From Camelus ferus (lineage: Eukaryota), in NCBI RefSeq assembly GCF_009834535.1, contig NC_045696.1, positions 79,176,001 through 79,240,000 on the forward strand: DNA of 64,000 nt. Direction: 5' to 3'. Position 1 is the first letter of the stretch. Every line of letters starts with the position of its first letter. This document shows, piece by piece, positions 50,658 to 63,380 of the stretch. Both the position numbers and the translations under genes were made by a program. The notes beneath the pieces were generated by a model, which was not told the DNA's origin, searched no databases, and was given only the letters and a program-made list of their open reading frames with translations.

Positions 50658-51814
50658 GACTAAGGACAAGTCATTAGCATTGACTTAAAGCAGTGTTTTA
50701 TGACAGCATGGAACTCATACTTAAATCAAGCTGAATTACTAATCCTAAGAAGTACTTAACATTCTGCATGCCACAGATTTTATATTAAAAAACAGTATGA
50801 ATTTTCAAAGAAGCTTTCAGTAACACGTGAATCCTTCTATTGTTTGTAGGTTGTCAGACTTATTCAGATGAAGGAGCCACTGACACCCTGCAGTCTCTCT
50901 TTGCCTAATTTGTCTCATGATTTTTCAGGTTGACTGAGTGACAGCACATGGAGTCAACTAAAGAGTGACTGTCATTTTGTCCCTTAATGTCTACAAAGTT
51001 CAGCAGAGACTTAGGAAAGTGACTATCAATATGAGTTTAAGTGCATATTTATCTGGAACTACATATAGAATAATTCAAGCAAAACAATATCAAGTCAAAG
51101 GAACAAATATAATCCTTCCTCCCAATGGAAAAAATTATCTTTTAATTATGTTAGTTATTGCAAAGCTTATGTAATAATTTAAAAAATCATCTGTAGCCCA
51201 AGGAGAGTTGATGATAAACTGTACATAAAATAATTAGAAGTATCCTGTATCTGTACTGCAGTTTTAGGAGGTTCAATTGCCTTCTCATCTCACTTGCAAC
51301 TTGCCACCCCCTACCCCCACCACACAGTTTTTACCTAGAAATGGCTTTTCAATTCCTTATGAGTGGTTTAATTTTTAATGTCAATAGATACTATTCAGTT
51401 CTATAAAAGCTAGAAAATAAAATAGTTCACAACTCATTAAACCCCCATAGGAGGTAAAACAATTCCAATAAAGATTAAATGAATTATCTATTAAAAATAG
51501 AAGAAAAAAATATCTGAGAAAATCAACTAAGTATTCCAAATTGGAAGGTGACCGTCTATACTTCACTATATGCAGGCCAATATTCTAGAAGGTCTATCAC
51601 TTATTTCAAATCTTCCTTTCCTTTGAAGTTCAGGGGGAAATAGCATTATATATACATATATTTTTAATGCTAAAAGCAATGAAAGAGTAAGGCATTTTAG
51701 CATTCACAAAGGTGACATCTGCAGTAGAAAAAATATAGTTTTATACTATTACCACCTTGTGAGATACATGACTTAAAGATTTCTAGCCATTAAAATGAAT
51801 TTGAAAGCCATTGT

Positions 51815-52230
51815 GAAGACCAGGGTAATGGGGAGTCTGGTGAGCTGACATGGGTCTAACTCATGGCTCTGTTCCCTCTAGTGCACAACTTTGGGAAAGA
51901 TCTGATGTCTCCAAGGTTCTCTGTCTATCAGAGATTATGATACCTAACTCATAAATGTGGAAGGAGGATTCTAGTTATTAACAGATAATATTGATTTCAT
52001 GCTTACTGTGTGCCAAGCACTCTTCTGGGATCTCTACTCTTATCAGTTTATTAAATTACCATAACTACATTAGATACGACAATTATTATTTTACAGAAAA
52101 GGAAAGAGGGGTTAAGTAACATGCTCAAGGTCTCATAGTTAGTAATTGGAGAATCTATAATCTAAATCCAGGAATAGGGCTTGAAAAATCATTCTGTGTC
52201 ACTAACAAAATCGCTGGCATAGAGTAATGC
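51815..52230. mobile_element. Two MIRs, a minus-strand copy (~51990-52190) nested in or next to a plus-strand copy
   Basis: tgcttactgtgtgccaagcact..ttttacagaaaaggaaa..ggttaagtaacatgctcaaggtc (antisense MIR) flanked by sense MIR pieces. Confidence 0.6.
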
Positions 52231-54044
52231 TCAGGACAGGGGAATCTAATAGACTTGTTTGTTACTTACTCCTTTCATTAGACTGTAAGCTTCTTAAGAG
52301 GAGAAAGCATTTGTTTATTAAATAACTTTTATTCCTCTCTTTGACTTTATATTCACCTAACCTGTTTCAAATCTTCAATAAATGTTTATTGAATTATGCA
52401 AGTAAATGGCATTGAATGTAAGCTTTTCTTCTATTACTTTATTGGTTGAATGAAAATAATTATCCTTAAGGGGAATAACTGGTATGGTGAAACTTATTGC
52501 TATTTTTTTAAAATGTTCCCATGCAGCCCAGGCTGTAATTCAGAAAGATATAAGTGGGAAAAGGTGAAAGGGGATGAATTTCATAACATAATAAACTTTT
52601 ATCTTTTTTACATATTTATAAAATAACTTTATAATGAATTTACTTTTTAGGAGTGCCTAAGGTAATACAATAATACTGCTTTTAAAAAACTCTTCAGAAT
52701 AAACCACTGTCTTTAAAGCTAACTTTTCTAATAGACCTGGCAGCAGTCATTGTTGGAAACATTTATTTGAAGAATTGAGAACTTGATCAAAATGTAATGT
52801 TTTCCCTTTGTGTTTAATTTGCATTTGGTAAGTAATATAAAAATCCTACTATCTTTAATATGTGAGAAAAATGCATTGAGAGATCTAAGTAATGTATAAA
52901 AAATCTGGCAAAAAAAAAAAAGAGCAAAACAAAGCCATTTTTCAGTTGTCATCTCAGAATGCAGTCACAAGATATCCTTTAAACAACCTTTTCACTGCAG
53001 TGTTCTCTTTTAAACAAGAACATATTTAACTGTCTTTTGCAAGTTCATCATTTCAAACAGTAGTTCTTTAAACATTTAATCAGATAAAGAAAGATGTGTA
53101 AAAGAAGCACCTTTAATATACTTTTTAAGACAACTACTTAGGAATATTACTAAACATCAGGGGCAATTTTAACATTTTCCATTCTTGTGCACTTATGGAG
53201 CAGTAGAAACCAAAAAAACATTAACTAAAGAAAGGTTTTAAATTTTGTAAACTATTGATGCTCCAAGGAGATATTTACTAGAGTGGTTCCTTGACTCATT
53301 TAGACATGAAGACAATGTTTGTCCACCATTCACATGGTTATTAGAAGAAAAGCTTCCATTTAATTTAGTAACTCATAGACTCATAGATGGCATTGCTCTT
53401 GCCCATCAAGAAAACTACCATCCTAGAAGTGAGTGATATCACTGTGAGTTCAGTGATATTAATACGTGGAAAGGAAAGTATCAGATTGGTGTAATACTGT
53501 GAGCCACATAATTCATTTCACTCTTGAGCAAATGAGTTAATCTTCTCATGTCTCATTTTCCTCCTCAGTAAAATATCATCAGTCTCTCCCCAACAAGATG
53601 ATCAATGGTTCAATTCAAGACATTTAGAGAAATGTGCACAGATGGCACACAGTGAAATCAGATTCTCTACTACCCCATATTTAAGTTTGTAGCATCAAGA
53701 AAATTAAGAAACTTGCAATTTGGTGGAATCTGCATGAACATTCCACATCTTGGGTCCATCCGACCCTCCTTCCATCTTCTCTGATCCTAGACACTCCAGG
53801 TAATCTCCAAATCTGTTTCTAACTTCCATTCTAAATGGCTTGGAAATGTCCCTGAAAAACCAGGGCCAGTTTACCTTACACGAAAGCACTGAGCCTGGGG
53901 CCACCTGTCCTCTGTGGAGGGTGCACCCGAGTACGCCACAGGATTTAACAGAGAGTGCAGACAGGTTTTTCTGTTCAATGAAGCTTCCTCTGGCAACGCT
54001 GGATGGAGCCCTGAGTGGAGGATTTAGAAACGTGCAACTAAGAT

Positions 54045-54230
54045 GGCTCATTAGTTCATTCTTACTAATATTTTCAAACTATCTATTATGTTGTAGGAGT
54101 TGTACTCGTACCTGGGACACAAACTAGCAAAACAGAGCTCTTGCCCATCAGGAAAGTTACCAATCTAGAGGTGAGTGATAAATAGATGACTAAAGAGATG
54201 GTTATAGGACAAGGTGTTCAATGCTATGAT
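54045..54230 (-). mobile_element. L2 3' fragment
   Basis: cattagttcattc..ctattatg..ctgggacacaaa..cttgcccatcaggaaagttaccaatctag. Confidence 0.55.
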
Positions 54231-54459
54231 ATCAAAATATTTTAAATTAAAATTTTGAATGTATAATTATTTTAAACTAAGAAATATATATTAATGGAAA
54301 AAATATAAGAGTAAAAAGAATTAGATTCCAGCCCTATTTCTTCCTCTAATATCTCACCTCAAATTTTCACCTATAAAGAAGGGAGCTGGACTACATAATT
54401 TCTATTAAATCCCTACTAGCTCTAAAATTCTATGGTTCTTATTAAGCTGCTCCTGGATT

Positions 54460-54511
54460 GATCTATGTATCTATGTATCTATCTACCTACCTATCTATCT
54501 ATTTATCTATC
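54460..54511. repeat. (TATC)n tetranucleotide repeat
   Basis: Visible run. Confidence 0.85.
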
Positions 54512-55739
54512 ATAAATATTACTGATTCCTAAAGTAATATTTGAAAAGAGTAAATCTTCTCTATATAACAATAGAAATTTCTCATTATAATAACATTAAG
54601 ATACTCCAGGGTGTGTGTTTTTTCTTTCTTTCTTTTTGTTTTCTGTTTAATTTGTTTCTTTGCTTTTGTTTAATAGAGGATCATTAACCTAGAGGTTCTA
54701 CTAGTAGGAAGTAGATAGAAAGTGGCCTTACGTTTTGCTTCACAGCACACGCAAGCCATTGAAGGTCCGATAAAGCATGCCCTATTATGTACTGATGCTA
54801 AAATAAAATTGTAGGGTTTGATCATCAAGGCACAAACTCATTTTACACATTGTAAGACTACCTCAAAAATATATTTGCTCTACCATAAATAGCCATATAA
54901 GGCTGCTAATATATTAGAATTTGTTCAGCTAATATCAGCAGGATTGGCGAGAGCATGGAGCTAACAACATGAAAAGTGCGATACCATTTCATGGAAATAA
55001 CTATCCATTAAGATCACTGAAGAACTCCTTTTCACATAATCCAGTGGCCTTTTCCCCAAACTCTCTTCCTCACTACAGATATCACCTTAAATGCATGGCA
55101 TTTTGTCAGTACAAAGAATTTCCAGAGATCATAAGATAATGTCTTCACTCCTACGTCACAGTCTCCTTTGCGTTATAGCTGCTGGTCATTTTAAACGAGG
55201 AGACCGAACTCCTCGAACTCAGCAGCAACTCTGTTTCTAACGCCTCATATCGTGTGTAAACCATACTGCAGACTAAAAAAACCTGTTAAATGAGTGGGAA
55301 CATTGAATTACCATGTCAAATAAGACTGAAACTATGCTTACTCTGTTAAAGAAATGCCTGTAATGAAACAATGGAAAACACTATTATTCATTGTTCCACC
55401 CTTTCAGTAATTACAGCCTAACTCAAGAAATTATAGGTAAAAGCAGATGAAATACACTGGAAACTTTTCTTACTTTTCTATTAAATTTGCCAAAAAGGAA
55501 ATTTGATTCCAGGCCTGAATACTTAGGCCTCTCCCTTGTGTTTCAGGAACTTGTTACACCGAATCTGCATTCCTTTATCAAGGTCTCATTCTCCACTGGT
55601 TTTGTTTTCATATTTAATTTCCCTTAGAAACGTCCAGGACCACTCCTCCAAACATACGTAGCCACATACAACCAAACCCATACACTCCACCAATATGTGA
55701 AAGCGAAATACATACGGCACTTTTCCTCCATTAGGTTTT

Positions 55740-56360
55740 CCCCTCAAAACACCCTCCGTGTCTTACTTTCCTTCACTCCCCAAACTTCTTGACAGAGCAG
55801 TCTACAAGGGCTCCCACCCCAACCCTGATAAACATATGTCCCTTAATCATTTGCCATCTGAATTCTGGCCCTATCATTCTATAAAGTCTATGTTCCCAAT
55901 GTCACCCATGACCTTCAGAATCATCAGCATTTTTCCATTGCCTTCTTGGAGGACTCACCATTCCTTTCCATCATATTTCATTCTTTGGCTCCCCCTTCAC
56001 TTCTGTGTTTCTTAACTTATGCTGATCCATCTTCTTTGTTCTGAGTTCTGCTTTCTCAAAGTTTCTACCTTCAATATATTTTGCTCTCCAATATTTCTCC
56101 TTTAGTAACTCCACTTGCTATGCCCTCTGTGCATACCATCCAAATGTACACCTCCGACAACAGATCTCTCCAGGACTATAGATCGTGTTTGCTATTGCTC
56201 AGTGGGCACTGCCACCTCACTATCTCATTATCAACTTAACTCAGTAAACACGTAAATAACTGAACTCCTCCTCCATCCCCCCGAACAACTTTCTCCTGTC
56301 CTGTATAGTTTGCAAATACCAAGACAACCCTCCAATTTCATCCACTTCAGGTGCTAGATT
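55740..56360 (+). mobile_element. L2 LINE body fragment
   Basis: C/T-rich stretch with aaacttcttgacagagcagtctac..cagatctctcc..ctgaactcctc. Confidence 0.5.
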
Positions 56361-58891
56361 CAAATTTTCCCAAACCTGCCTTAATGGATAAGTACACTTC
56401 ATTTACGAGGGGTGGGATGAGGTCAAGCTAGATGATCTATATTTGGGGAAAATGTATAATCTAGAACTAATGATCCATTTAAAACAACAAGTAATTTTGT
56501 AACATTTGACTGGTATGGGTTTGGGAATATATAGACGTAGATATAGATATAAAGATAATTTGGTAGAGTTTTCAAAATTTTCCAAAAACTTCAGAATTCC
56601 TTAGACACTTGGGGGGAAAAATGGGAAATAATCACTATAAAGCTAGTCGTTTCTATGCTCACAGTGCAAAATCATCTGTATGTTTATAATTCTCAGAGTA
56701 GGGTGACAGCTATAATGTCCTCAGAGATGCTGGAAGAAATGAAGTTGTGCAGGTAAGCTGTAGTCAGGTTGTGAGAGTATTAAAAACTGGGGAGGCATAT
56801 CAATGCTTGCTTTCCATGCTCACATTCTTAGTGCGACCCTCCTTGCTGTGTAGGTACTTTGTATCCTCTTTATAGTCTCCCACCATTAGGTGCCTAGTTA
56901 TTATCCACCATTATTTTCTTACTCATAAGTCCAGGCATGTCTTTTTACCTCAAAACCAGTCACTAAATTTCCAAGCTCATTTTTTTCTGTCAAATTAAGT
57001 ATAAAATATACCCTAAGCCAGGTTTTCATTGGTAAAACAGCACCATAGTTAGGCTGGTATCTCTGTCTCAGGTTGCCTCTGGGTTCCGATGTGCACATCA
57101 ACCATTTACTAAGAGTGTGAATATTTCAGGCTACTTATATTTTTCTGGGCCTCAGTTGCTTTATCAGCTAACAGGGAACAATAGTAACAGGGCTGTTGGC
57201 TTCAGCCATAATAACACATTTCCTAATGTGATGCAGTGCTTTTGTCAACCCATATGAATTTATTCCTCTTTGATTGTCACAATTGTTTGGGTAATTTACG
57301 GATTACCCACACAGCCTTAAACACTTGATAAGAGGGTAGATCTTGTGTTAAATAGTCTTACCACAATTAAAAACAAGTCCCTTTCTTTTTAAGGTTTTAG
57401 AGTCCCTCAGAGGGTCTTCAGGGTCTCATGTGGCTGAAGATCTGACCTCCCTTACCACTGGGTGAAAACTCACTGTTTAAGAATATGACAATTTTATAAC
57501 CAGGTAAATATTCTAAATTAAGTTGAAACTTAAAAAAAAGTAACAAAATGATCAACAGGGCAATGGCGATTGTCTTACTTAAGTTTAATGAATTAAGAAA
57601 GTTTGATGGATATGTATGTATTTTTTACTCACATTAACCAAATGTGAAATAACATACTGGCTTGTATCCTAATCTCTAAAGAAAAAGTAGTCATCCATTT
57701 CAAGGGGTTAAAGAAAGAACAGTGGGAGGGTTTAATTTTCTCTTCAAAATTTGATTCCTGATAATATAAAATTAAACTAAGAAAAATGGCTTCTTGAATA
57801 AAAAATAACTCACATACTCTAACATCTTGAACTGGATGAATATATGCAGGAGGGAAAATATAGTTCGATATCAGTAAGACTTTTCATGTGAAGCATCAGT
57901 CAAACTAGACTGCTTGCACATCATATTTTTATCCGCACACTCTCAGGATTCCAAACATAGAGACAATTTCATTCTATGAGTATAGAATCCATTGCCTCAG
58001 CAATCATAAGGCCCAATTTTTTTTCTCTCTCTTTAAGCAATTCAGAAGTTCTAGGAAATATTCTGAAACTCTACCGACATCATTAACTTTTTTTTTTCAC
58101 AAGTTCCATAGAAAAGCAGCAATGAATCATTCATTCATTCAACAAATACTTCTTGAAAAGCTCTTTGTGACAGGCAGGGATTTAGGGCTGGGAATCCAGC
58201 ACTGAATTAGGTAGACAAACCCCTGTTCACATTAAACATATATTCTAGTGGAGTGACTTTAAGATTGGGGTTGGTAACAAGCTATTTATCATATAAAACA
58301 AAGAACTTAACTCTTCAAGGGCAGATAAAATCACTAAGGAAATTTTCACTTGAAAAATGTGATCACCTAAATCAGTAATTGAACAAATCGCTATATAAAG
58401 GCTAAAAGTTAACTTTTCAAATAAAATGTCATATATTTGCAGCTGGTCAAACAAAATATGATATATTTAAATTATCCAAAATATGATAATTGTAAATTAT
58501 TCAAAATTGGAGATCATACTTATTTTACAAGACTATACATTTGGCCAAATCTGATGTTAAAACAGATAAAAATAAAATGTTGTTCTTATATAACCGATTA
58601 CCAAAATATGTCTTTTCATTTTCCCATGGTCAAAATAGCAAGTTGACCAGGTGGTACACAATTTTAAATGTTCACACAAAGCAAGCAAAATGTTAAGGTT
58701 AGCCAGGCACTATGTAAAGAAACAAGCCTTGACTTGGGAATCAAAAAATCTGGTTCTAGACTCAATTCTTCCATCACTCCTTATCACTTACCTTGTAGCA
58801 CTGTTTCCTGTTCTGTCCAATCAAAGTAAGACTAGATAACTTTTTTTTCATCTGTAAGCATGCCATTTGTAAACTTTCAAAAATACATGTT

Positions 58892-59297
58892 TTCAGTGAA
58901 GCACTATTCACAATTGCCAAGTTAAGGAAACCATCTGAATGTCCATAATAGATGAATGGATAAAGAAATGTGGCATATACATATAGTGGAATATTACTTG
59001 GCCTTAAATAAGAAGAAAATCCTACTATTTGTGACAACATAGATGAACCTGGAGGACATTTTGTTAAGAAGGTAGATCTCATATTAAGTGTTCTTACCAC
59101 AAACAACAATAACAACAAAGAGACACAAGGGAACTTTTGGAGGTGATGGATATGATGGAGTGATATCCTGATTGATACCTTGATTGTGGTGATGGTTTTG
59201 TGGGTACGTGAATATATCTAAACTCACCAAACTGTATACATTAAATATGCCCAGTTTTTTGTACATCAATTACACCTCAGTAAAGCTGTTTAAAAAA
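58892..59297 (+). mobile_element. L1MB/L1MA10-type LINE-1 3' end with an internal deletion
   Basis: gcactattcacaattgccaag..gatgaatggataaagaaatgtgg..atgaacctggaggacatt, then aggtagatctc..aacttttggaggtgatgga..caattacacctcagtaaagctg; possible TSD aaaaatacatgtt / aaaaatacaagtt. Confidence 0.85.
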
Positions 59298-61149
59298 TAC
59301 AAGTTGATTATTTAACAACTTGAAATTATACAAAATTTCAGATGACGAATACCCACTGTCTAGAACCTCATAGTGTCTGCCCTCTTCCCACCTCCCTCCT
59401 CTGCACAGAATCTAATCACAGCCACACACATACATTTTAGCTAATTATTTTTTTAATTTATTTTTGACTTGAAGCAGTGAAAAAGAAAACTAAATGTATA
59501 CTACTAAATATGCTGGGAAAACACTCTGCAGTAGAAAGAATAAATTAGCCCATCAGTATGTGGATACAAGTAGAACATCTCATACGGTGGAATTTGAATG
59601 TGAATATTCAGCATGTCACCAAGTTTGTTCTTCTGTGTAAAGACTCAGATAACCAAAGAGTCTACTTCAGGTGACAGCTATTCCTTTTGCTCAACATATT
59701 GTACATTAATGAATATCATTATGGAACAAAAGGCTTTTCAGAATCTTCCAGATACTTTTATAGTAGACATTCTTTTAAAATTCAGACTGTCTCATAAAGA
59801 ATGAAGACTAGTCTATGTTAACTGTCCTAAAGCAGATTTTCCTTTATTGTATAATTTCTATGATGAGTACATTTAAATATAAACACTTTTAAAAATCAAT
59901 AGAAATGTTACCCTAAAGTACATGTATGCTTTTACTTAATTTTATATGCATCAAGAAATATACAAAATCTTTTTTTGTCTTGAAAAAAAAATACCCACAG
60001 TACAAACTATCAAAAAGGTTAATTAAGAATGAAAATGGAGTACTCTCAATTTCCTATTTCTTATCATTTTTATGTATAGTTTAGGGAAAAAGAACAAAAT
60101 TGTTTCCTCAACATACAATTTTAAAATTATTTAGTCCATCATGTTAATATTAAAAGGGATTCAAAAGTTTCAAAGGAAATATTAACACCTATTATGAAAA
60201 TATATTTGATGATTTTTGTAACATATATTATGTGATTTTCAAAGATAAATAGCATGATACCCAGTAGTTCAATACAGGGCCTTTAGATCAATTTAACAAG
60301 TAATTATATATTCAGGAGCTCCTTCTCCATGTGAGCATTATCATTTTGTTGACAGCCTTAGAAAAAAATCCAAAACAGAAATGCTCATTTTAACTTGAAT
60401 TTATAGAAAATGCTATATTCTAACTTTTGATGCTACCAATGGGATTGCACTACACTGTCTGAATGTAGAAACATGACGATACAGGCCTAGCAACAGGGTC
60501 TGAAAACTTACCTTTTTCAGTAATGGAGGAGACGGAAGTTGAATCTCAGAAGTCTAGGAGGTTCTTTCATAAATCATAATACCACATTAAAGTATGGAAT
60601 TAACAAAGTCAATTAAATTTAAATTGCCTGGAAGAAGTTGCTAGAGAAAATTGCATGAAACCATAATTGTTTTCCTAAGTTTACATTGTTCCATTGGTGA
60701 GAATATATTGGCAGGACTTTATACTTTTTTCTCTTAAAAATAAATTTATAAACTCCTCCACCTTGCAATGTACAGTGAGGCCTGTAAATCAGTAAACCAT
60801 CATTAATATTGTTGTTAGTAGTGTTATGATTATTACTACTGTAATATCAGTTGTGATAGCAATAGGAACAGCAGTTGTAGTAATATGGTGCTAATCCCGA
60901 AGAACCATTAACTTCATAGCAAGAATAACACTTTAAACCTCTAATTATATTTTGTGTTACAATAATTTTATAAGACTCTTAAGTCACTGTAGAGTTGTCA
61001 TAATGCTTGAGACTTGGTATGTGAGGCATTATAAAGTTAGGGCTGCACTCCAAAGCATTCTGGTATCTTTAATACCCCTTATAGTCATGATGGCAAAGAC
61101 TCATGTTACAGATTTATCTTAACCATTCTGAATTTACATTCTTATCCTG

Positions 61150-61360
61150 ATGAGGTTACCTGGTTGCAAGTTCCAGCTCTGGCATGCAGACCTAGCAGTA
61201 GAGCCATCCTTACTAACATCACTGAGTCTCAGATGTCCCACATACAAACTGGAATTATTAATATTTACCTTGCCAACTTTACTGGGATCTCATGAGGATC
61301 AAATGAGGAAAGAACTGTGAAAACAATTCACAGATGTCAAAGTGATATGTAGATATATTA
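61150..61360 (+). mobile_element. MIR SINE
   Basis: ccagctctg..ctgagtctcag..tgaggatcaaatgag. Confidence 0.65.
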
Positions 61361-61601
61361 TTTTTCTAAATTCCTTAAGTCTATTGAGCTATAGTCATTC
61401 TCCTGTTCTAAGTTTCTCATTTTCAGTATTTGACAGGCGATCACTTCTCCCTTCCTTCTCGGAAGGAAACTTCTAGCATTCCTAGATTGTGAATCATGAC
61501 TTTAATTCAATATTAAAAACTTTTTATGTATCTGTTGTATCCAAATGCTATTTTAAATCTTCTTGGAAATAAAGAAGCATAGATGAAAGTACTTGTGTGT
61601 G

Positions 61602-61740
61602 TATTGCATACATTATTATTGCATACATTATTATTTATATTTATTACATGTAATAATAACACAATATTGCATACATTATTTATGTTGCATACATTATTGC
61701 ATACATTATTATTTATATTATTACATGTAATAATAACACA
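61602..61740. repeat. AT-rich compound tandem repeat
   Basis: Five ttgcatacattatt units arranged in two higher-order copies, each ending ttattacatgtaataataacaca. Confidence 0.9.
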
Positions 61741-62469
61741 CGTATTATTCAATATATACTACATCTCCATTAAAATGAATTAACCCATTGACGTAGATTA
61801 CTGACAATGAGATGTGTTTTCAAGAAAACATTTTAGCTCTAAATGTTACTACTGCAAATTTAAATTATCATTCCAGCAGAATTTTAGCAAAGAAAATTTT
61901 ATCAACTATCAGTTGCAAACTAAAAGATCTTTTACTGAGAAGCCTCTCCTCTTTTTGTTTGTCTATGCACTATCAATACATATCAACTCCTGCAAGATAC
62001 ATAAAGAAAAAATAACCATATATGAAAGTGCAGAACATTTTCAAACGATATTTTTCTGATAAAATATTTATAATGTACAGAGTCAACTGCAAAAATTGCT
62101 ACCAATTTCAAGAGTAATTACAATGGTGCAGGGAGACAGACATAGTAGGGGCAAAGTCTACATATTAAATATTTCTTCCTCTGACACATTCAGGGAGATT
62201 ATTAGTTATCAGAAAATTCAGGTAAGCATCCACTGGCAGAATTAGGCAACCCACATACATTCACTGCCTACAGAGCAATGAATGACCTTTACTCTTGTTT
62301 GCCTGTGGTGTAATGGAAAGCACAGAGATGCACCTTTTCTTATGTGAAGTCCACAAAATTTCTCCTTTGTTACATCCCCTGCTCAGTTTGTTGATACACT
62401 TTTGCTTGCCTTCCTTTTTTCCTTGCTAAGAGTGATTTAACAGAAATAAATACAGTTTAGTACAGTAAG

Positions 62470-62690
62470 AGAGAGTGTGTGTTTTAAATACATGTAGGCC
62501 TGGGTTTGATAATCAGTACTGCTTCCTACTAACTATGAACACATGTAAGATACTTAACTTCTCTGATGCTCAATTTCTCACTTACGTAATTACCTAGTGC
62601 AAGAATTAAATGAGATAATGTGTGTAAAGCTTGCAGCATAGTTTCTGGAAAACACATTTCTCCCCAAGTGATCATCACTGTTGTTGTTAT
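62470..62690 (+). mobile_element. MIR SINE
   Basis: cctgggtttga..tacttaacttctctgatgctcaatttctca..gaattaaatgagataatgtgtgtaaagc. Confidence 0.75.
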
Positions 62691-62759
62691 TATTATCATT
62701 ATTACAGAATTTAGAAGAAATTTTGGTCATTTATAAATGTGAAAGTTCACTAAACAAAC

Positions 62760-63380
62760 AAGCTTTACATGAATAGATTAAAAAACTGTATCTATCATTT
62801 ATAGAATAACTCAATATTATAAAAAACTTTCTTTCTTAGGTAAATATTTAATGCAATTCCAATAAAAATATGATAAAATTATAAAAAAGTAAGAAGGGAC
62901 AGGGATGAGCCATGCCCAACATTAAAATGTGTTACAAAGCTACTACATTGAGTAAGTTGGTACGGGCATATGAGTATACAGCTAATCTAAGAGACAGAGC
63001 AGAAAATCTAGAATATGAAAATGTGTATATGAATATAATACAAATTTGGAATACAAAAAGTTAGCATTTTATTATAGTGAGAAATAGGTAAATTAATCAA
63101 AAATGGCATTGGGTCATCATTTGAGGAAAACGTGGTTTTGAAGGGAACAGTTTGATCTTTATTTTCCATATACCAAAGCAAATCTTATTTCCTGTACACC
63201 AAAATAAATCCTAGAACAATTATAAGTTTAATTGAAAATAAGTCAAAAAAATAGAGATTATTTTTAAAAGATAATCCTAGACTGATTTGAAAGACAAAAG
63301 AATCTTGGTTTTTGAAGCAAGATACAGAACATTAAAGAAGAAGGATAATAATAAATGTGACTAAAAAAACGTTAAAATCT
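62760..63380 (+). mobile_element. Ancient LINE-1 ORF2 fragment
   Basis: tttaatgcaattccaataaaaat..ttacaaagctac..gtacaccaaaataaatcctaga; frame destroyed. Confidence 0.6.

Noticed and set aside
55140..55260. CpG-containing exon-like stretch on either strand
   Set aside because: Early stops and no consistent splice-site pair
61513..61783. Repetitive ORFs (NNNVC / LHTLL) and a CRISPR-like repeat appearance
   Set aside because: Translation of a tandem repeat; no unique spacers, no cas genes, mammalian context
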